From a virus (lineage: Duplodnaviria; Heunggongvirae; Uroviricota; Caudoviricetes), in IMG/VR virus record IMGVR_UViG_3300012943_000030, positions 43,698-107,697 of that record: 64,000 nt of DNA; one strand, written 5' to 3'. The notes below the pieces were generated by a model, which was given only the letters and a program-made list of their open reading frames with translations, searched no databases and was not told the origin of the DNA. Numbering within the stretch: the first letter of the stretch is position 1; every line of letters starts with the position of its first letter. Made by a program: the position numbers and the translations under genes. This document shows positions 43,426 through 53,289 of the stretch, one piece after another.

Positions 43426-43746
43426 ATGAAGACAGCTCGAAAGCGCCGGTCGGACAGGGTTCACCTGATCTACGTTCTCACGAACACCATCACTGGTGAA
43501 GAGTACGTTGGACTGACGGTACGGCTTGATCGTTCAGGCAAGAAATCACTTGCTGCCCGTTGGGCTCGCCACGTCGGCCGCGCCCTCCTTCACAACAAAG
43601 ACTGGAAGCTGTGCGCGTCGATACGTGAGCACGGCCGATCGTCGTTCACTGCCAGAATTTTGCAGTTCGTTCACGGCAAAGCAGAGGCCTATGCCGTTGA
43701 AACGCGTTTGAGAAACACCGGCCTCTTCAAGCTCAATACCAACTGA
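43426..43746 (+). CDS. GIY-YIG nuclease-domain protein
   Basis: RVHLIYVLTN..GEEYVGLT..R....H pattern. The ATG lies only about 7 nt after the -10 box (leaderless, or start further in). Confidence 0.5.
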   Translation: MKTARKRRSDRVHLIYVLTNTITGEEYVGLTVRLDRSGKKSLAARWARHVGRALLHNKDWKLCASIREHGRSSFTARILQFVHGKAEAYAVETRLRNTGLFKLNTN

Positions 43747-43934
43747 TGAAGGACATCACGATGAACGTCAACATTCGCAATCTGCTGCTGGACGATGAGG
43801 ACCTTGAGATGACTGGAACGTTCCAGCGCATGCCGAGGAAGCCTCGCTTCGACGACGAAGTTCGTCGCACTGCAATCAAGAAGAAGCAGAGCCATCGCCC
43901 GGCTCAGGATCGTCGCGAAGTTGAAGCTGCTTGA
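43746..43934 (+). CDS. small hypothetical protein
   Basis: 62 aa. Confidence 0.25.
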   Translation: MKDITMNVNIRNLLLDDEDLEMTGTFQRMPRKPRFDDEVRRTAIKKKQSHRPAQDRREVEAA

Positions 43935-44581
43935 CGCACGTTGATGGACGGGCTCCTAAGGAGCCCTATCAACATCTTTTGCCTGGGGTAATCTCGGTCA
44001 AAAAATTCTTGAGCGTCATGCATGCTCAGGATAAAACGACCAAGAAGTTCAACCGGCGGAAGAGAGCCATCGACGACATGGTGCTCTTGAAGAAGATGTC
44101 TGTAGAAGAAGGCATCGAGTACATCAAGACCCAGCCATGGCGCAAGAAGGACGGCCACATCGTTGAGTGCACCACGAAGATGAAGGCCGTCAGGGTCCGC
44201 ATGTTCGCCAGTGGGCAAACGACGTGTGTGAAGTGCGGACTTGAAGGAATTTACTTCCGAATTGAACGACACAAGAACGACAGCGTCATGCCGTTCAGCG
44301 TTAACCTCTATGGCATCGACAAGTATGGCATCGAGACCATGCTTACGTGGGATCACATACTTCCACAGTCGCTGGACGGTGGCAACACCATCGAGAACGC
44401 ACAGTGCATGTGCCGACCGTGCAATGAAAAGAAGGGCAACAAGATGTCCTTGATGGACATAATCGGCGTCGCAACACATCCGCGGCCAGCCCAAATCTGG
44501 AAGAACCACCAGCTTCAAAGAATGCGTTTCGCCGACATTATCTGCTCGGCTCAGGCCGCATACAACAGGCTTGGAAAATAG
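43931..44581 (+). CDS. HNH homing-type endonuclease
   Basis: CVKCG...WDHILPQSLDGGNTIENAQCMCRPCNEKKGNK. Confidence 0.7.
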   Translation: MTHVDGRAPKEPYQHLLPGVISVKKFLSVMHAQDKTTKKFNRRKRAIDDMVLLKKMSVEEGIEYIKTQPWRKKDGHIVECTTKMKAVRVRMFASGQTTCVKCGLEGIYFRIERHKNDSVMPFSVNLYGIDKYGIETMLTWDHILPQSLDGGNTIENAQCMCRPCNEKKGNKMSLMDIIGVATHPRPAQIWKNHQLQRMRFADIICSAQAAYNRLGK

Positions 44582-44656
44582 GAGCCAACCTTTCCAATCT
44601 ATGTACAGTTTCAATCGTTCGTAATACAATCTAACATCGCTTGAAGAGGGGATACC

Positions 44657-45103
44657 ATGCTGCAAGAAATCTCGAAGATCACGAAGCTGCCATATGATGT
44701 GGCTCGCCCAGACACTCTCGCCCTCCTGCGCCGCATTGAGCGCAAGCTTCCGGTCGAGGTGAACGTCGATCTTCTCGACCGTACTTTCCGCTCGCAGGTG
44801 CTGGACGCTGCCAAGGTCGTTGACGCTGAAGGGCCGATCGTCGAGGAAGAGCAGAAGCCACAGGGCCCACGCGTCCTCAAGATCAAGTCGTCGATAAAGG
44901 GCAAGCGCTGCGAGGTGCCGGCTCCAAATGGTCGTCGCTACGCCTTCGGACCGAAGTGGAACGACAGCGTGAAGCGTGCCCGTGGTATCTGCCTCCATGA
45001 CAAGGAGAAGCTTGATCACCATGCGAGGATCGTCCTCGACCTGAAGAACCCAGAGAAGCACACTGACCTCGAGCTCTGTGCCCTCCTGGGTGCAGTCCTC
45101 TAG
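44657..45103 (+). CDS. hypothetical protein (paralogue of 45204..45602)
   Basis: Shared FGPKWNDSVKRARGICLHDKEKL versus FGPKWLASVKSGAGIAVHPSNMPKL. Confidence 0.45.
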   Translation: MLQEISKITKLPYDVARPDTLALLRRIERKLPVEVNVDLLDRTFRSQVLDAAKVVDAEGPIVEEEQKPQGPRVLKIKSSIKGKRCEVPAPNGRRYAFGPKWNDSVKRARGICLHDKEKLDHHARIVLDLKNPEKHTDLELCALLGAVL

Positions 45104-45107
45104 ACAC

Positions 45108-45158
45108 ATTATGTTAAATCACGAAGTTGTGTACATTTTCTAGAACATGATCTAGAAT
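45108..45158 (+). promoter_or_regulatory. conserved phage promoter P3
   Basis: ATTATGTTAAAT..GTTGTGTACAT-N17-TAGAAT. Confidence 0.55.
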
Positions 45159-45203
45159 GGCCACAGTTCGAAAGTGTTTGTTTCTACAACTGATGAGGAG
45201 ATG

Positions 45204-45602
45204 ATGACAATGAGCAAGCAGCCGAAAGTTGGTGATCTGGTTGTGAAGGCCGTGGAACTGGGCATGAGCGATGAAGCCGCCGTCCGCGCCCTGATCAAGA
45301 AGAGCAACGTCCGTTCGTTCAAGCGCCTGCAGGAAGTCGTGTCGAAGGTGCTGGCACGTGTCGCCAAGACCGGCGGCCAGCTGCGCGTCGCGAAGTTCCG
45401 CAGCAAGGTCGTGCACGCTGAAGGCAAGCGCGGCTTCCAGTTCGGTCCCAAGTGGCTCGCTTCGGTCAAGTCGGGCGCCGGCATTGCCGTCCACCCGTCA
45501 AACATGCCGAAGCTGCTGAAGACCGCCGAGAAGTACAACGTTTCGGTGCCGGCGAAGGCTACCCAGGTGGAGATCGCCGCGGCGGTCGCCAAGGCGCTGT
45601 AA
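45204..45602 (+). CDS. hypothetical protein (paralogue of 44657..45103)
   Basis: RBS GAGGAG. 132 aa. Confidence 0.45.
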   Translation: MTMSKQPKVGDLVVKAVELGMSDEAAVRALIKKSNVRSFKRLQEVVSKVLARVAKTGGQLRVAKFRSKVVHAEGKRGFQFGPKWLASVKSGAGIAVHPSNMPKLLKTAEKYNVSVPAKATQVEIAAAVAKAL

Positions 45603-45627
45603 TACAGCACCTGCCTGGTCGAGTGAA

Positions 45628-45656
45628 AGGGCCCTCACGTAGGGCCCTTTCTTTTG
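45628..45656 (+). terminator. rho-independent terminator
   Basis: AAGGGCCC-TCACGT-AGGGCCCTT followed by TCTTTTG. Confidence 0.6.
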
Positions 45657-45680
45657 CCTCGGACCTGACAGTCCAGGGCA

Positions 45681-45688
45681 CGATAAAT
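45681..45688 (+). promoter_or_regulatory. late-promoter-like GATAAATA heading the biosynthetic island
   Basis: CCAGGGCACGATAAATATG 6 nt before the ATG at 45694. Confidence 0.35.
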
Positions 45689-45693
45689 ATGAG

Positions 45694-46476
45694 ATGAAAT
45701 TTGCCTTTTGCATCTCAGGACAACCACGAACTTGGAAGAAGTGCTACAAGAGCTGGTATCAGCTCTTCGATCGGTTCGGCAGCGTTGACACATTTCTCCA
45801 TGCCTGGGACTTCAACAGCCAAGCCCGCTACAAGGCAGAGTACGTCGACAATGAACCCAAAGAAACTCCTGTTCCAAAGGAAGAGCTGAATGAGATGCTT
45901 GCCGCGCTTCAGCCAAAGAAGTTTATCATCGAGAGCAAGCGCGATGTGGAGCTCACCTGTGCCACTGGCCGAACCATTGCGCCGTACGCTCATCCACAAT
46001 ACTACGGTATTTGGAGAGCTGCTCACCTCAAGCGCCAGTATGAGATCGAGAACGATTTTCAGTATGATGTTGTTGTTCGGCTGAGGACTGACCTTCTGCT
46101 GCCGCAGCAGTGGGAACCGCTCTCAGCGAACCTGAGGTTTGATCCTTTAATTCTCATGGGAACGCCGCCAAATACCATCTTCACGGCGCAGAATGTTTTC
46201 ACACCTGGTGTTGGTCACCGCGTTAACGACATGTTCTTTTTTGCAGACAGCCTAACATACGATCATGCGGCTGCGTTCTACACAAGCTTCACCTACATAC
46301 AAGAAGACGTTGCTGTCCCACAGCAGAAGGATTACCCACCAGAGATGGCGCTCTACTTCTACTTTGCATCACTTGGCATTACCAACGTTGCTATGCCAAT
46401 GCGCGAGATAAAGATCATGCGTGATGAAGAGCACCTCCACCGCGTCGGCGAGCTGCAGAACTATGAAACAGCTTAA
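45694..46476 (+). CDS. uncharacterized family A protein (transferase-like; SGQxRTW / FxHxWD motifs)
   Basis: Shares N-terminal CISGQPRTW...FLHAWD and mid YDVVVRLRTD blocks with the ORFs at 46463 and 53280. Confidence 0.5.
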   Translation: MKFAFCISGQPRTWKKCYKSWYQLFDRFGSVDTFLHAWDFNSQARYKAEYVDNEPKETPVPKEELNEMLAALQPKKFIIESKRDVELTCATGRTIAPYAHPQYYGIWRAAHLKRQYEIENDFQYDVVVRLRTDLLLPQQWEPLSANLRFDPLILMGTPPNTIFTAQNVFTPGVGHRVNDMFFFADSLTYDHAAAFYTSFTYIQEDVAVPQQKDYPPEMALYFYFASLGITNVAMPMREIKIMRDEEHLHRVGELQNYETA

Positions 46477-47287
46477 CGTCGCAGTCTGTGTTTCAGGCCA
46501 ATCACGCACATGGCAGGCCGGGCTCGGGTACATGAAGGCATTCTTCAACTCACCACGCTGCAACGTGAAGTTCTTTGCTCACACGTGGGATGAGAACCAC
46601 TACAAGCAACCAGGACATGCTAAGGGCTGGAAACCATTTATTGAGGTGAAGCTAAACGCCAAGGTGCTAAGGCGTCAACTACTTGCGGCCGATGTCCGTT
46701 TTGAAGAACTCGTTGTTGATAAGCAGATCGCACCTCGAGAACAAACAACACGCACTAACTCCACGTATTTCACATCCTGGGCACCGATGTTTAAGAGCGC
46801 GGCGCTGTCGATGGCCATGAAGACGCGTTATGAAGTAGAAAACAACATGACGTTTGATGTAGTTTTCAAGACACGCTTCGACGTTGCCTATGATCCGAAT
46901 TTCACCGTTGAACACTACATTCCGGTTGACATCATCCCTGACGGCATCTATGTTCACACGACTAATTTTCAGAGTGAGTTTAGAATGCCCGTGCTCAGCG
47001 ATATTGCGTACTACGGATCATCAAGGGCGATGAACGTCCTTGACAGCTTTTGGTTCTACTACGACAATGGTCGCTTCCTTGAGATGCTTGACTATTCAGA
47101 CTACAACAGGGCGTACGATCTCGTCGGCCCTGGCGTGCTGCTGTACAAGTGGGCTACCATGAAAAACTTGAAGATCATCTCAAACCTTAGGCACTTCAAC
47201 CCGGTTCCAATACGTGCCCATGTGGCCGACGCCTTCCACCCCGACGGATACAAGCGCATCATCAATGCATACACGGACAACGAATGA
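46463..47287 (+). CDS. uncharacterized family A paralogue
   Basis: VCVSGQSRTW..FFAHTWDENHYK. Confidence 0.5.
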   Translation: MKQLNVAVCVSGQSRTWQAGLGYMKAFFNSPRCNVKFFAHTWDENHYKQPGHAKGWKPFIEVKLNAKVLRRQLLAADVRFEELVVDKQIAPREQTTRTNSTYFTSWAPMFKSAALSMAMKTRYEVENNMTFDVVFKTRFDVAYDPNFTVEHYIPVDIIPDGIYVHTTNFQSEFRMPVLSDIAYYGSSRAMNVLDSFWFYYDNGRFLEMLDYSDYNRAYDLVGPGVLLYKWATMKNLKIISNLRHFNPVPIRAHVADAFHPDGYKRIINAYTDNE

Positions 47288-48183
47288 CAAAGATCCTCCT
47301 AACGAACGGCGATAGCTGGACCTATGGTAGCGAGATCGCATGTCCAGAAATTCTTGTCATACCTGGCGAGCAGGGTTATGGCATGGCCAATCGCTACAAG
47401 AAAGGAATGTTCGACACGTTCCCGATCAACGACTACTACCGCATACCTCGCATCTGGCCTACGCACCTGTCGAAGCTCCTCGATATGAAGGACGTCAACA
47501 TCTCATGGCCCGCCCGATGCAACGACAACATCTGTGATGCAACTATCGGATGGGTGCTGAAGTTTCTCAATGACGGTGGTGATCCGAAGGACCTGCTGGT
47601 CGTGATCGGCTGGTCAAGCCCAGAGCGGAAGCGCATCCTCGTTGAAGACCTGAACGACGATGTCTACATGTACACGTTCTGGCCGTTCATGAGCACTGAG
47701 GACCAGTACTATGACATGCACGCAGCGAAGCAGTACTTCAAATTCTACGTACAGCATCTATGGTTCGAGCGTGAGTTCCTTGCTCGGTACGTTGAGCAGA
47801 ACTTTACGCTGCACACCTTCCTATCATCCCGCGGCATCAAGCACAAGTTCTTCAACGCCTTCTATCTCTATGCGCATGATCCAATACCAGTGTTTGAATG
47901 GAAGGATGTTGATCTCGCCGAAATCATCTCATCGTGGAAAACCCCAAAGAAGAAGCTCAAGGGGTATTATGAGCAGACGTGGCAATCAGATGACATGGCT
48001 GACTGCACTCTCAACCAGTGGAATTCAATTCCGGAAGATGTGTTTCTCTGGAAGAACACGCTGCGCTCGTTCAAATCGTACATTGATACGTCAATCCCAA
48101 ATCACAGTGATCGCATGATCAACATGCACCCAGCTCCAGATGGACATGAGGTTTGGGCCAAATATCTGGCGACGATCCTATGA
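47284..48183 (+). CDS. SGNH/GDSL hydrolase-family protein
   Basis: Block I LLTNGDSWTYGSE and block V HPAPDGHEVWAKYLA (DxxH). Confidence 0.6.
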   Translation: MTKILLTNGDSWTYGSEIACPEILVIPGEQGYGMANRYKKGMFDTFPINDYYRIPRIWPTHLSKLLDMKDVNISWPARCNDNICDATIGWVLKFLNDGGDPKDLLVVIGWSSPERKRILVEDLNDDVYMYTFWPFMSTEDQYYDMHAAKQYFKFYVQHLWFEREFLARYVEQNFTLHTFLSSRGIKHKFFNAFYLYAHDPIPVFEWKDVDLAEIISSWKTPKKKLKGYYEQTWQSDDMADCTLNQWNSIPEDVFLWKNTLRSFKSYIDTSIPNHSDRMINMHPAPDGHEVWAKYLATIL

Positions 48184-48959
48184 AGCGCCTAATAATCTGT
48201 GGAGACAGCTTCAATTGTGGGATCGGCTGTGAGAACCTCTATACCCAGCCGTACGGCGTGCTGCTCGCTAAGAAGCTCGGCTATGAGCTCATCACGCTGG
48301 CTAGAGGTGGTGGTAGCAACTACACAACGCACCTACAGGTAGAATATGCTGTTGAGAAGCTCAACCCATCGATCATCATTATAGGAACAACTTCATTCGA
48401 TCGCTTCGAGTGGATATCTGAAGGTAAGCACCTGCCAGGTGCGCCTTCGGCTGCAAACATCAACTACCACCAATATCCACCACACAACACGCCGTTCAAT
48501 GAGCATGGTCCAACAGATCACTTCTTCAGCGGTAAGGCGGAATACAACCCGATGATCTTGACGGAACAGGCGGGTGGCATTGATTACTTTGTGCAGCACC
48601 GGAACAAAGAGGGAATGGCAGCCTACTTTGAGCGCTACCACAATGAGCCGGTGAAAAAGCTTCAACTCATGGTTGACTACTACGTTCACGCATGTGATGA
48701 GCGCATCAAGCAACAGTATGATGTAGCCGTGCTGTTCAAGTCTTACATTAAGGCCACGAGGGCAGGAATAAGGTGCGTAGTCCTCACAAACGAACCAGAG
48801 CTTATGAAGCTTGTTGGCCCAGCTCGCACTCACGAGATGAGTTGGTTCGAGCTGAGCCGCACGTATCCTGACAGAGTTGGTTCTGGTCATGCAAGCCCGG
48901 AGGCGCACGCTATGGTGGCTGACCAGCTCTACACAAAGATCACAGGAGGCGCGACATGA
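48180..48959 (+). CDS. SGNH/GDSL hydrolase-family protein
   Basis: LIICGDSFNCGIG and C-terminal GSGHASPEAHAMVA. Confidence 0.55.
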   Translation: MKRLIICGDSFNCGIGCENLYTQPYGVLLAKKLGYELITLARGGGSNYTTHLQVEYAVEKLNPSIIIIGTTSFDRFEWISEGKHLPGAPSAANINYHQYPPHNTPFNEHGPTDHFFSGKAEYNPMILTEQAGGIDYFVQHRNKEGMAAYFERYHNEPVKKLQLMVDYYVHACDERIKQQYDVAVLFKSYIKATRAGIRCVVLTNEPELMKLVGPARTHEMSWFELSRTYPDRVGSGHASPEAHAMVADQLYTKITGGAT

Positions 48960-49074
48960 AACGACTTAGAGAATTCTTCAAGGTGCTGATCTACAAGGTC
49001 CGCGCCCACTACCGCTACAAGAAAAAGCTCAAGGAAATCAGGAAGCGTGATCCCTACATCTACAAGTAACCATC

Positions 49075-49821
49075 ATGATTAAAAAGATCTATGCGAGCGG
49101 CTGTAGTTGGACGGCCGGAAATGGAATTGAAGATGATCCACTTTATGCTGGTGTTCACAAGTCAAAAGTGAACACCTACATACATACCTGGCCGGTGCAT
49201 CTTGGTAAGGAGCTCGGCGTATCTGCCATCTACAATGATGCCACTGGCGGCGGAAGCAACGCAAGAATTCTGCGCAAGCTTATCGACTTCACTCGCCGTC
49301 TACCGGAAGAAGAGCGTGAAACTACGCTCGTGGTCATTGGATGGACGAGCGTGGAGCGCAGCGAGATCTTCATAGATCACAAGTCGCAACATACGCCAGA
49401 TGGATGGTACCGCTTTAACGCGACGCAGAAGTTCGATAGCTACCTTCAGGGGCTGCCAGTTGACAAGGTCAACGACATCTGCGAATTTCAACGATCGTAT
49501 CTGGCGAATGCGTATGAGCACAAGGGATGTGTGGAGGTTTTCTACCAACAGCTGTACCTTGCGAAACACCTGCTCATGTCCCTAAACATTCCATTCATAT
49601 TCTTTGCTGGATGCTGCTCTATGGACTTCCAGCCTAACAAGCTCGTCCAAAAAGATCTTGATGATCCACACATCATTGACATGGTCAATCTCACGATGCA
49701 CAATTGGTTGCGCATGAACAACATCAAGATCGGCCCATCAATACATCCACTGATTGATGGGCATCAAGCATGGGCTAAATATCTGGCATCAGAGCTTATC
49801 TCTAGAAAGATTATCACGTGA
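49075..49821 (+). CDS. SGNH-like hydrolase-family protein (Cys variant of GDS)
   Basis: IYASGCSWTAGNG and C-terminal HPLIDGHQAWAKYLA. Confidence 0.55.
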   Translation: MIKKIYASGCSWTAGNGIEDDPLYAGVHKSKVNTYIHTWPVHLGKELGVSAIYNDATGGGSNARILRKLIDFTRRLPEEERETTLVVIGWTSVERSEIFIDHKSQHTPDGWYRFNATQKFDSYLQGLPVDKVNDICEFQRSYLANAYEHKGCVEVFYQQLYLAKHLLMSLNIPFIFFAGCCSMDFQPNKLVQKDLDDPHIIDMVNLTMHNWLRMNNIKIGPSIHPLIDGHQAWAKYLASELISRKIIT

Positions 49822-50540
49822 CACTTATCATCTGCATGGCCGGGTTCAATACTCGCTTTCACGACGCGGGATTTGATCTACCGAAGTACCTGCTGCCGTA
49901 TGGTAGGTCGACTGTAATCGCCGAAATTTTGGCTAACCTGTCAGAAGTTCACAGCCCATCCGAGATAATTTGTCTTGCGAACATTCGCGACAGCTATTTC
50001 TCTGGCAAACTGACAGCAGAGGTAGAACAGTTCGGTGCGTTCGTGCACTACATTCGCGACACCAAGGGACAAGCACATACTGCTGCCATTGGTGCCGAGC
50101 TGACCACACAGCCAGGTCCACTGCTCATTCATAATGCCGACACAGTGCTTCTGAACCGCAATCTCGCAGAGATCGAAGCTGCTCTTCGCGTCAACACGGC
50201 GTACGTCGACGTGTTCGATGGTCAAAATCCGGCCTACTGCTTCCTTGATATTGGTGCAGACAACCGCGTGCTCAGCATCGCTGAGAAGAAGAACATAACC
50301 AAGTTCGCCAGCTCCGGGCTCTATGGCTTCAGCAGCGCAGAGCGCTATCTCGAGTTGTATCGTGAAAGTCTAATGACGTTTCAGGGACCAGAGATTTTCA
50401 TCTCTGATGTGCTCGCAACAACAATCAAGTGTGGAACTGTTGTGGCAAATTCACTGAACCCTGCTCATAACACGGTTGTCATTGGTAGCCCGCAAGAATA
50501 TCTGACAGCATTGGAGAGCCACAATGATCACTCAACTTAA
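49818..50540 (+). CDS. sugar/alcohol-phosphate nucleotidyltransferase (LicC/NTP_transferase-like)
   Basis: N-terminal ICMAGFNTRF (G-x-G-x-R NTase motif), LicC-like length of 240 aa. Confidence 0.6.
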   Translation: MTLIICMAGFNTRFHDAGFDLPKYLLPYGRSTVIAEILANLSEVHSPSEIICLANIRDSYFSGKLTAEVEQFGAFVHYIRDTKGQAHTAAIGAELTTQPGPLLIHNADTVLLNRNLAEIEAALRVNTAYVDVFDGQNPAYCFLDIGADNRVLSIAEKKNITKFASSGLYGFSSAERYLELYRESLMTFQGPEIFISDVLATTIKCGTVVANSLNPAHNTVVIGSPQEYLTALESHNDHST

Positions 50541-51492
50541 AGGTGGGTCGCTCAGCTCTACAACTCTCCACGCTGGAGATGGTCTGCCATTTGTTCGTAA
50601 GTCCATCAACAACAGCAAGAACAGAGAATATGGTTACACGCGCTGGTACTCGCAGCTGAAGAAGCTGCAGCAGATAAATGCTGCGGTGCCAGGCCTTGCA
50701 CCGGACCTGCTTAGGGTAGGCGTTGACCGCAAACAGTCGTACTTCGACATAGAATTCCTTGAAGGCTACACCAACATCAAGACCCTCCTGTGTGAGAGAC
50801 AGCTAAGTGATGAAGATATCGCCAAGATCCACGCCGCCGTTTGGTGTTCATTTGACAAGCTTCATGCTATAAAGATTGACCGTATTCAAGGCGCTCCTAG
50901 CCTGTACTTCCGTGAGGAGATATGGCAGAAGCTGGAGGACGCAGAGCTCAACATGGAGTTTGCACGGTTCGAAGAGGAGGTGCTGCACTCGCTAAACGGC
51001 GAGCTTGTCCCTCGAATTTGGACCCACATTAACGCCATTGAGCAGTACTTCTCGGAGCTGGTGCTCCCATCTGAAGAGCTCATTCATGGCAACCCAACGC
51101 TTGAGAACCTCATGTACTCGTTTCATGATGATGAGGTAGTGTTCATCGATGTCTACTCAGAGAGCTGCATTGACAGCAAGCTGCTTGACTACGCGCAGGT
51201 GCTTCAGTGCTCGCGCAGCTATTACGGCTTCATCAATGACAATGATGTGGTGGTCAACCACGGTGCGGTAGAGCATTCTCTTACCATTCCAATCAACCTC
51301 AAGAAGTTCAACGACATGTTTGAGGCTGAGCTTGAGCGCAGAGTGCCGCAGCACCGAAAGACCATCGCGCTGCTTGAGGCATCGCAGTTTATCCGCATGC
51401 TACCGTTCAAAGTGCTTGCTGGAGATATTGACAAGGCAAAGTTCTTTTACACTCTCGCGTGCAAACTCTTTCACGAGGCGATGCGCCCATGA
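50524..51492 (+). CDS. APH/choline-kinase-family phosphotransferase
   Basis: LIHGNPTLENLMY (HGD..N Brenner-like) and VVFIDVYSE (DxE) motifs. 322 aa. Confidence 0.5.
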   Translation: MITQLKGGSLSSTTLHAGDGLPFVRKSINNSKNREYGYTRWYSQLKKLQQINAAVPGLAPDLLRVGVDRKQSYFDIEFLEGYTNIKTLLCERQLSDEDIAKIHAAVWCSFDKLHAIKIDRIQGAPSLYFREEIWQKLEDAELNMEFARFEEEVLHSLNGELVPRIWTHINAIEQYFSELVLPSEELIHGNPTLENLMYSFHDDEVVFIDVYSESCIDSKLLDYAQVLQCSRSYYGFINDNDVVVNHGAVEHSLTIPINLKKFNDMFEAELERRVPQHRKTIALLEASQFIRMLPFKVLAGDIDKAKFFYTLACKLFHEAMRP

Positions 51493-52667
51493 ACCTACAA
51501 GAAGACTTTCAGAATTTCAAGCGTAGATGGCTCGTCAACACGCAACAGCCAGTCTCGTTTCAGGTGCAGTATTCGAGCGACATCTTCAATCCGAAAAACC
51601 ATGACCTCGCTAGCTACGGCACGTCAGTTCGTCGCATTGTGGTTATCGACAAGACGGTCAATGAGCTCTATGGCATGCAGCTCAAGCGGTATTTCTTTGC
51701 TCTTGGTGAGATCAATGTGGTGCTCCTCGAGATAGATGCCACTGAAGAAAACAAGACATGGGAAAACGTAGACACGGTCCTGAAGTTCTTTGAAGAGCAC
51801 GGCGTGCTGCGTCGGTCAGAGCCGATCATTGCCATCGGTGGTGGCGTGCTGCTTGATCTCGTAGGCTTCTGTGCCAGCATCTATCGTCGCGGCATCCCAT
51901 ACATCAAGGTGCCGACCACACTGCTTGCGATCGTTGACGCCTCTGTGGGATCAAAGGTCGCAGTTAACCACCTTGATCGCCGCAACCGCATTGGCGGTTA
52001 TTACCCACCTATCGTATCGCTGTTGGACCGCCGCTTCATCAAGACGCAGTCAGAGCGTGAGGTCGTGAATGGCCTCGCTGAGATCTTCAAGCTCGCGCTG
52101 ATCAAAGATGCAGAGCTGTTCACGATCCTAGAAGAGAACGCTGAGCAGCTTATTGAGGAGCGCTTCCAGTATGGAGCCGTACCAGTCCGGGTAATCAACC
52201 TCGCCATCACTGGCATGGTAGACGAGCTCGCGCCAAACCTATGGGAGAAGAAGCTTGACCGCTGCGTGGACTTCGGCCACTCATTCAGCCCACTCATTGA
52301 AATGAAGAACCTACCAAACCTGCTACATGGTGAGGCCGTCGTGCTAGATTGTCTGTTCAGCTCGTGCATTGCATTTAATCGAGGCTTCATTGACGGCGCA
52401 ACGCTCTCTCGCATTTTCTCTACAGCCAGGTTGCTAAAGCTTCCGACATATCATCCTGACTTTACTGATGTTCAGTTTCTTCTCAGCGCTCTAAGAGATA
52501 CAATGAAGCATCGAGATGGCAGACAGTTCCTCCCAGTACCAATCAGTATTGGAAACTATGTCATCATCAACGACGTCACAGACGCAGAAGTGGACAAAGC
52601 AGCCACACTCTTCAAGGAGCTCCATGAAAACAGCAGTCATCACAGGGACCAGCAAGGGGCTGGGTAA
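51489..52667 (+). CDS. 3-dehydroquinate-synthase-like sugar-phosphate cyclase (DHQS/DOIS/EEVS superfamily)
   Basis: GGGVLLDLVGFCASIYRRGIPYIKVPTTLLAIVDASVGSKVAVNH...RNRIGGYYPP matches AroB [45 protein letters not shown]...KNMIGAFYQP. Confidence 0.75.
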   Translation: MNLQEDFQNFKRRWLVNTQQPVSFQVQYSSDIFNPKNHDLASYGTSVRRIVVIDKTVNELYGMQLKRYFFALGEINVVLLEIDATEENKTWENVDTVLKFFEEHGVLRRSEPIIAIGGGVLLDLVGFCASIYRRGIPYIKVPTTLLAIVDASVGSKVAVNHLDRRNRIGGYYPPIVSLLDRRFIKTQSEREVVNGLAEIFKLALIKDAELFTILEENAEQLIEERFQYGAVPVRVINLAITGMVDELAPNLWEKKLDRCVDFGHSFSPLIEMKNLPNLLHGEAVVLDCLFSSCIAFNRGFIDGATLSRIFSTARLLKLPTYHPDFTDVQFLLSALRDTMKHRDGRQFLPVPISIGNYVIINDVTDAEVDKAATLFKELHENSSHHRDQQGAG

Positions 52668-53289
52668 AGCAACTGCCGAGCGCCTTTTGGCTCTCGGTTG
52701 GAAGGTTGTTGGGCTCGCGCGCAGCAAGACAGACATTGTTGATGAGAACTTCCTTGGCATAGAGATAGACATCACGAACTATTCTGACGTCATCTACTTC
52801 TCGAAGTCATTCAAAGGGAAGGCTGACCTGCTCATCAACAACGCTGCTATTTTCAAGATGGCTCCATTCGAGAGCTGCAGCCGCCAAGACATTGATGACG
52901 TCATTGACACGAACGTGAAGGCTTCAATGTACATGACGAGGTTCGGCCTTGAGTACCTGAACAAACCATCACGCATCATCTTCATCAACTCGGTCGCCGG
53001 GCTTGGTGAGCTCCGCGGGCAATCAATCTACTGTGCTTCAAAGTACGCGCTCACTGCCTTCGCTGGCGTCCTTGGTAAGGAGCTGAGGGAAGCGGGCATC
53101 AGGGTGAGCAGCATCCACCCTGGCGGCATCGACACACCCCTTTGGAATGAGAGCAACCCGTATCCACTCGACATCAGCCAGGCACTGTCAACTGCTGAGG
53201 TTGTTAGGGCCGTCGAGTTCATCATCGACGCCCCACACAACGTTGATTACAAGACAATCAAGCTGTTCCCATCGGTCGAGTGGCACTAA
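52624..53289 (+). CDS. short-chain dehydrogenase/reductase (SDR)
   Basis: TGTSKGLG dinucleotide-binding motif, NNAA, YxxxK region (YCASKYAL). Confidence 0.7.
   Translation: MKTAVITGTSKGLGKATAERLLALGWKVVGLARSKTDIVDENFLGIEIDITNYSDVIYFSKSFKGKADLLINNAAIFKMAPFESCSRQDIDDVIDTNVKASMYMTRFGLEYLNKPSRIIFINSVAGLGELRGQSIYCASKYALTAFAGVLGKELREAGIRVSSIHPGGIDTPLWNESNPYPLDISQALSTAEVVRAVEFIIDAPHNVDYKTIKLFPSVEWH

Noticed and set aside
43904-45109. 401-aa ORF on the - strand
   Set aside because: It completely overlaps the + strand HNH endonuclease and paralogous small genes, which have clear motifs, promoters and RBSs. In a high-GC genome, long antisense ORFs are expected by chance.
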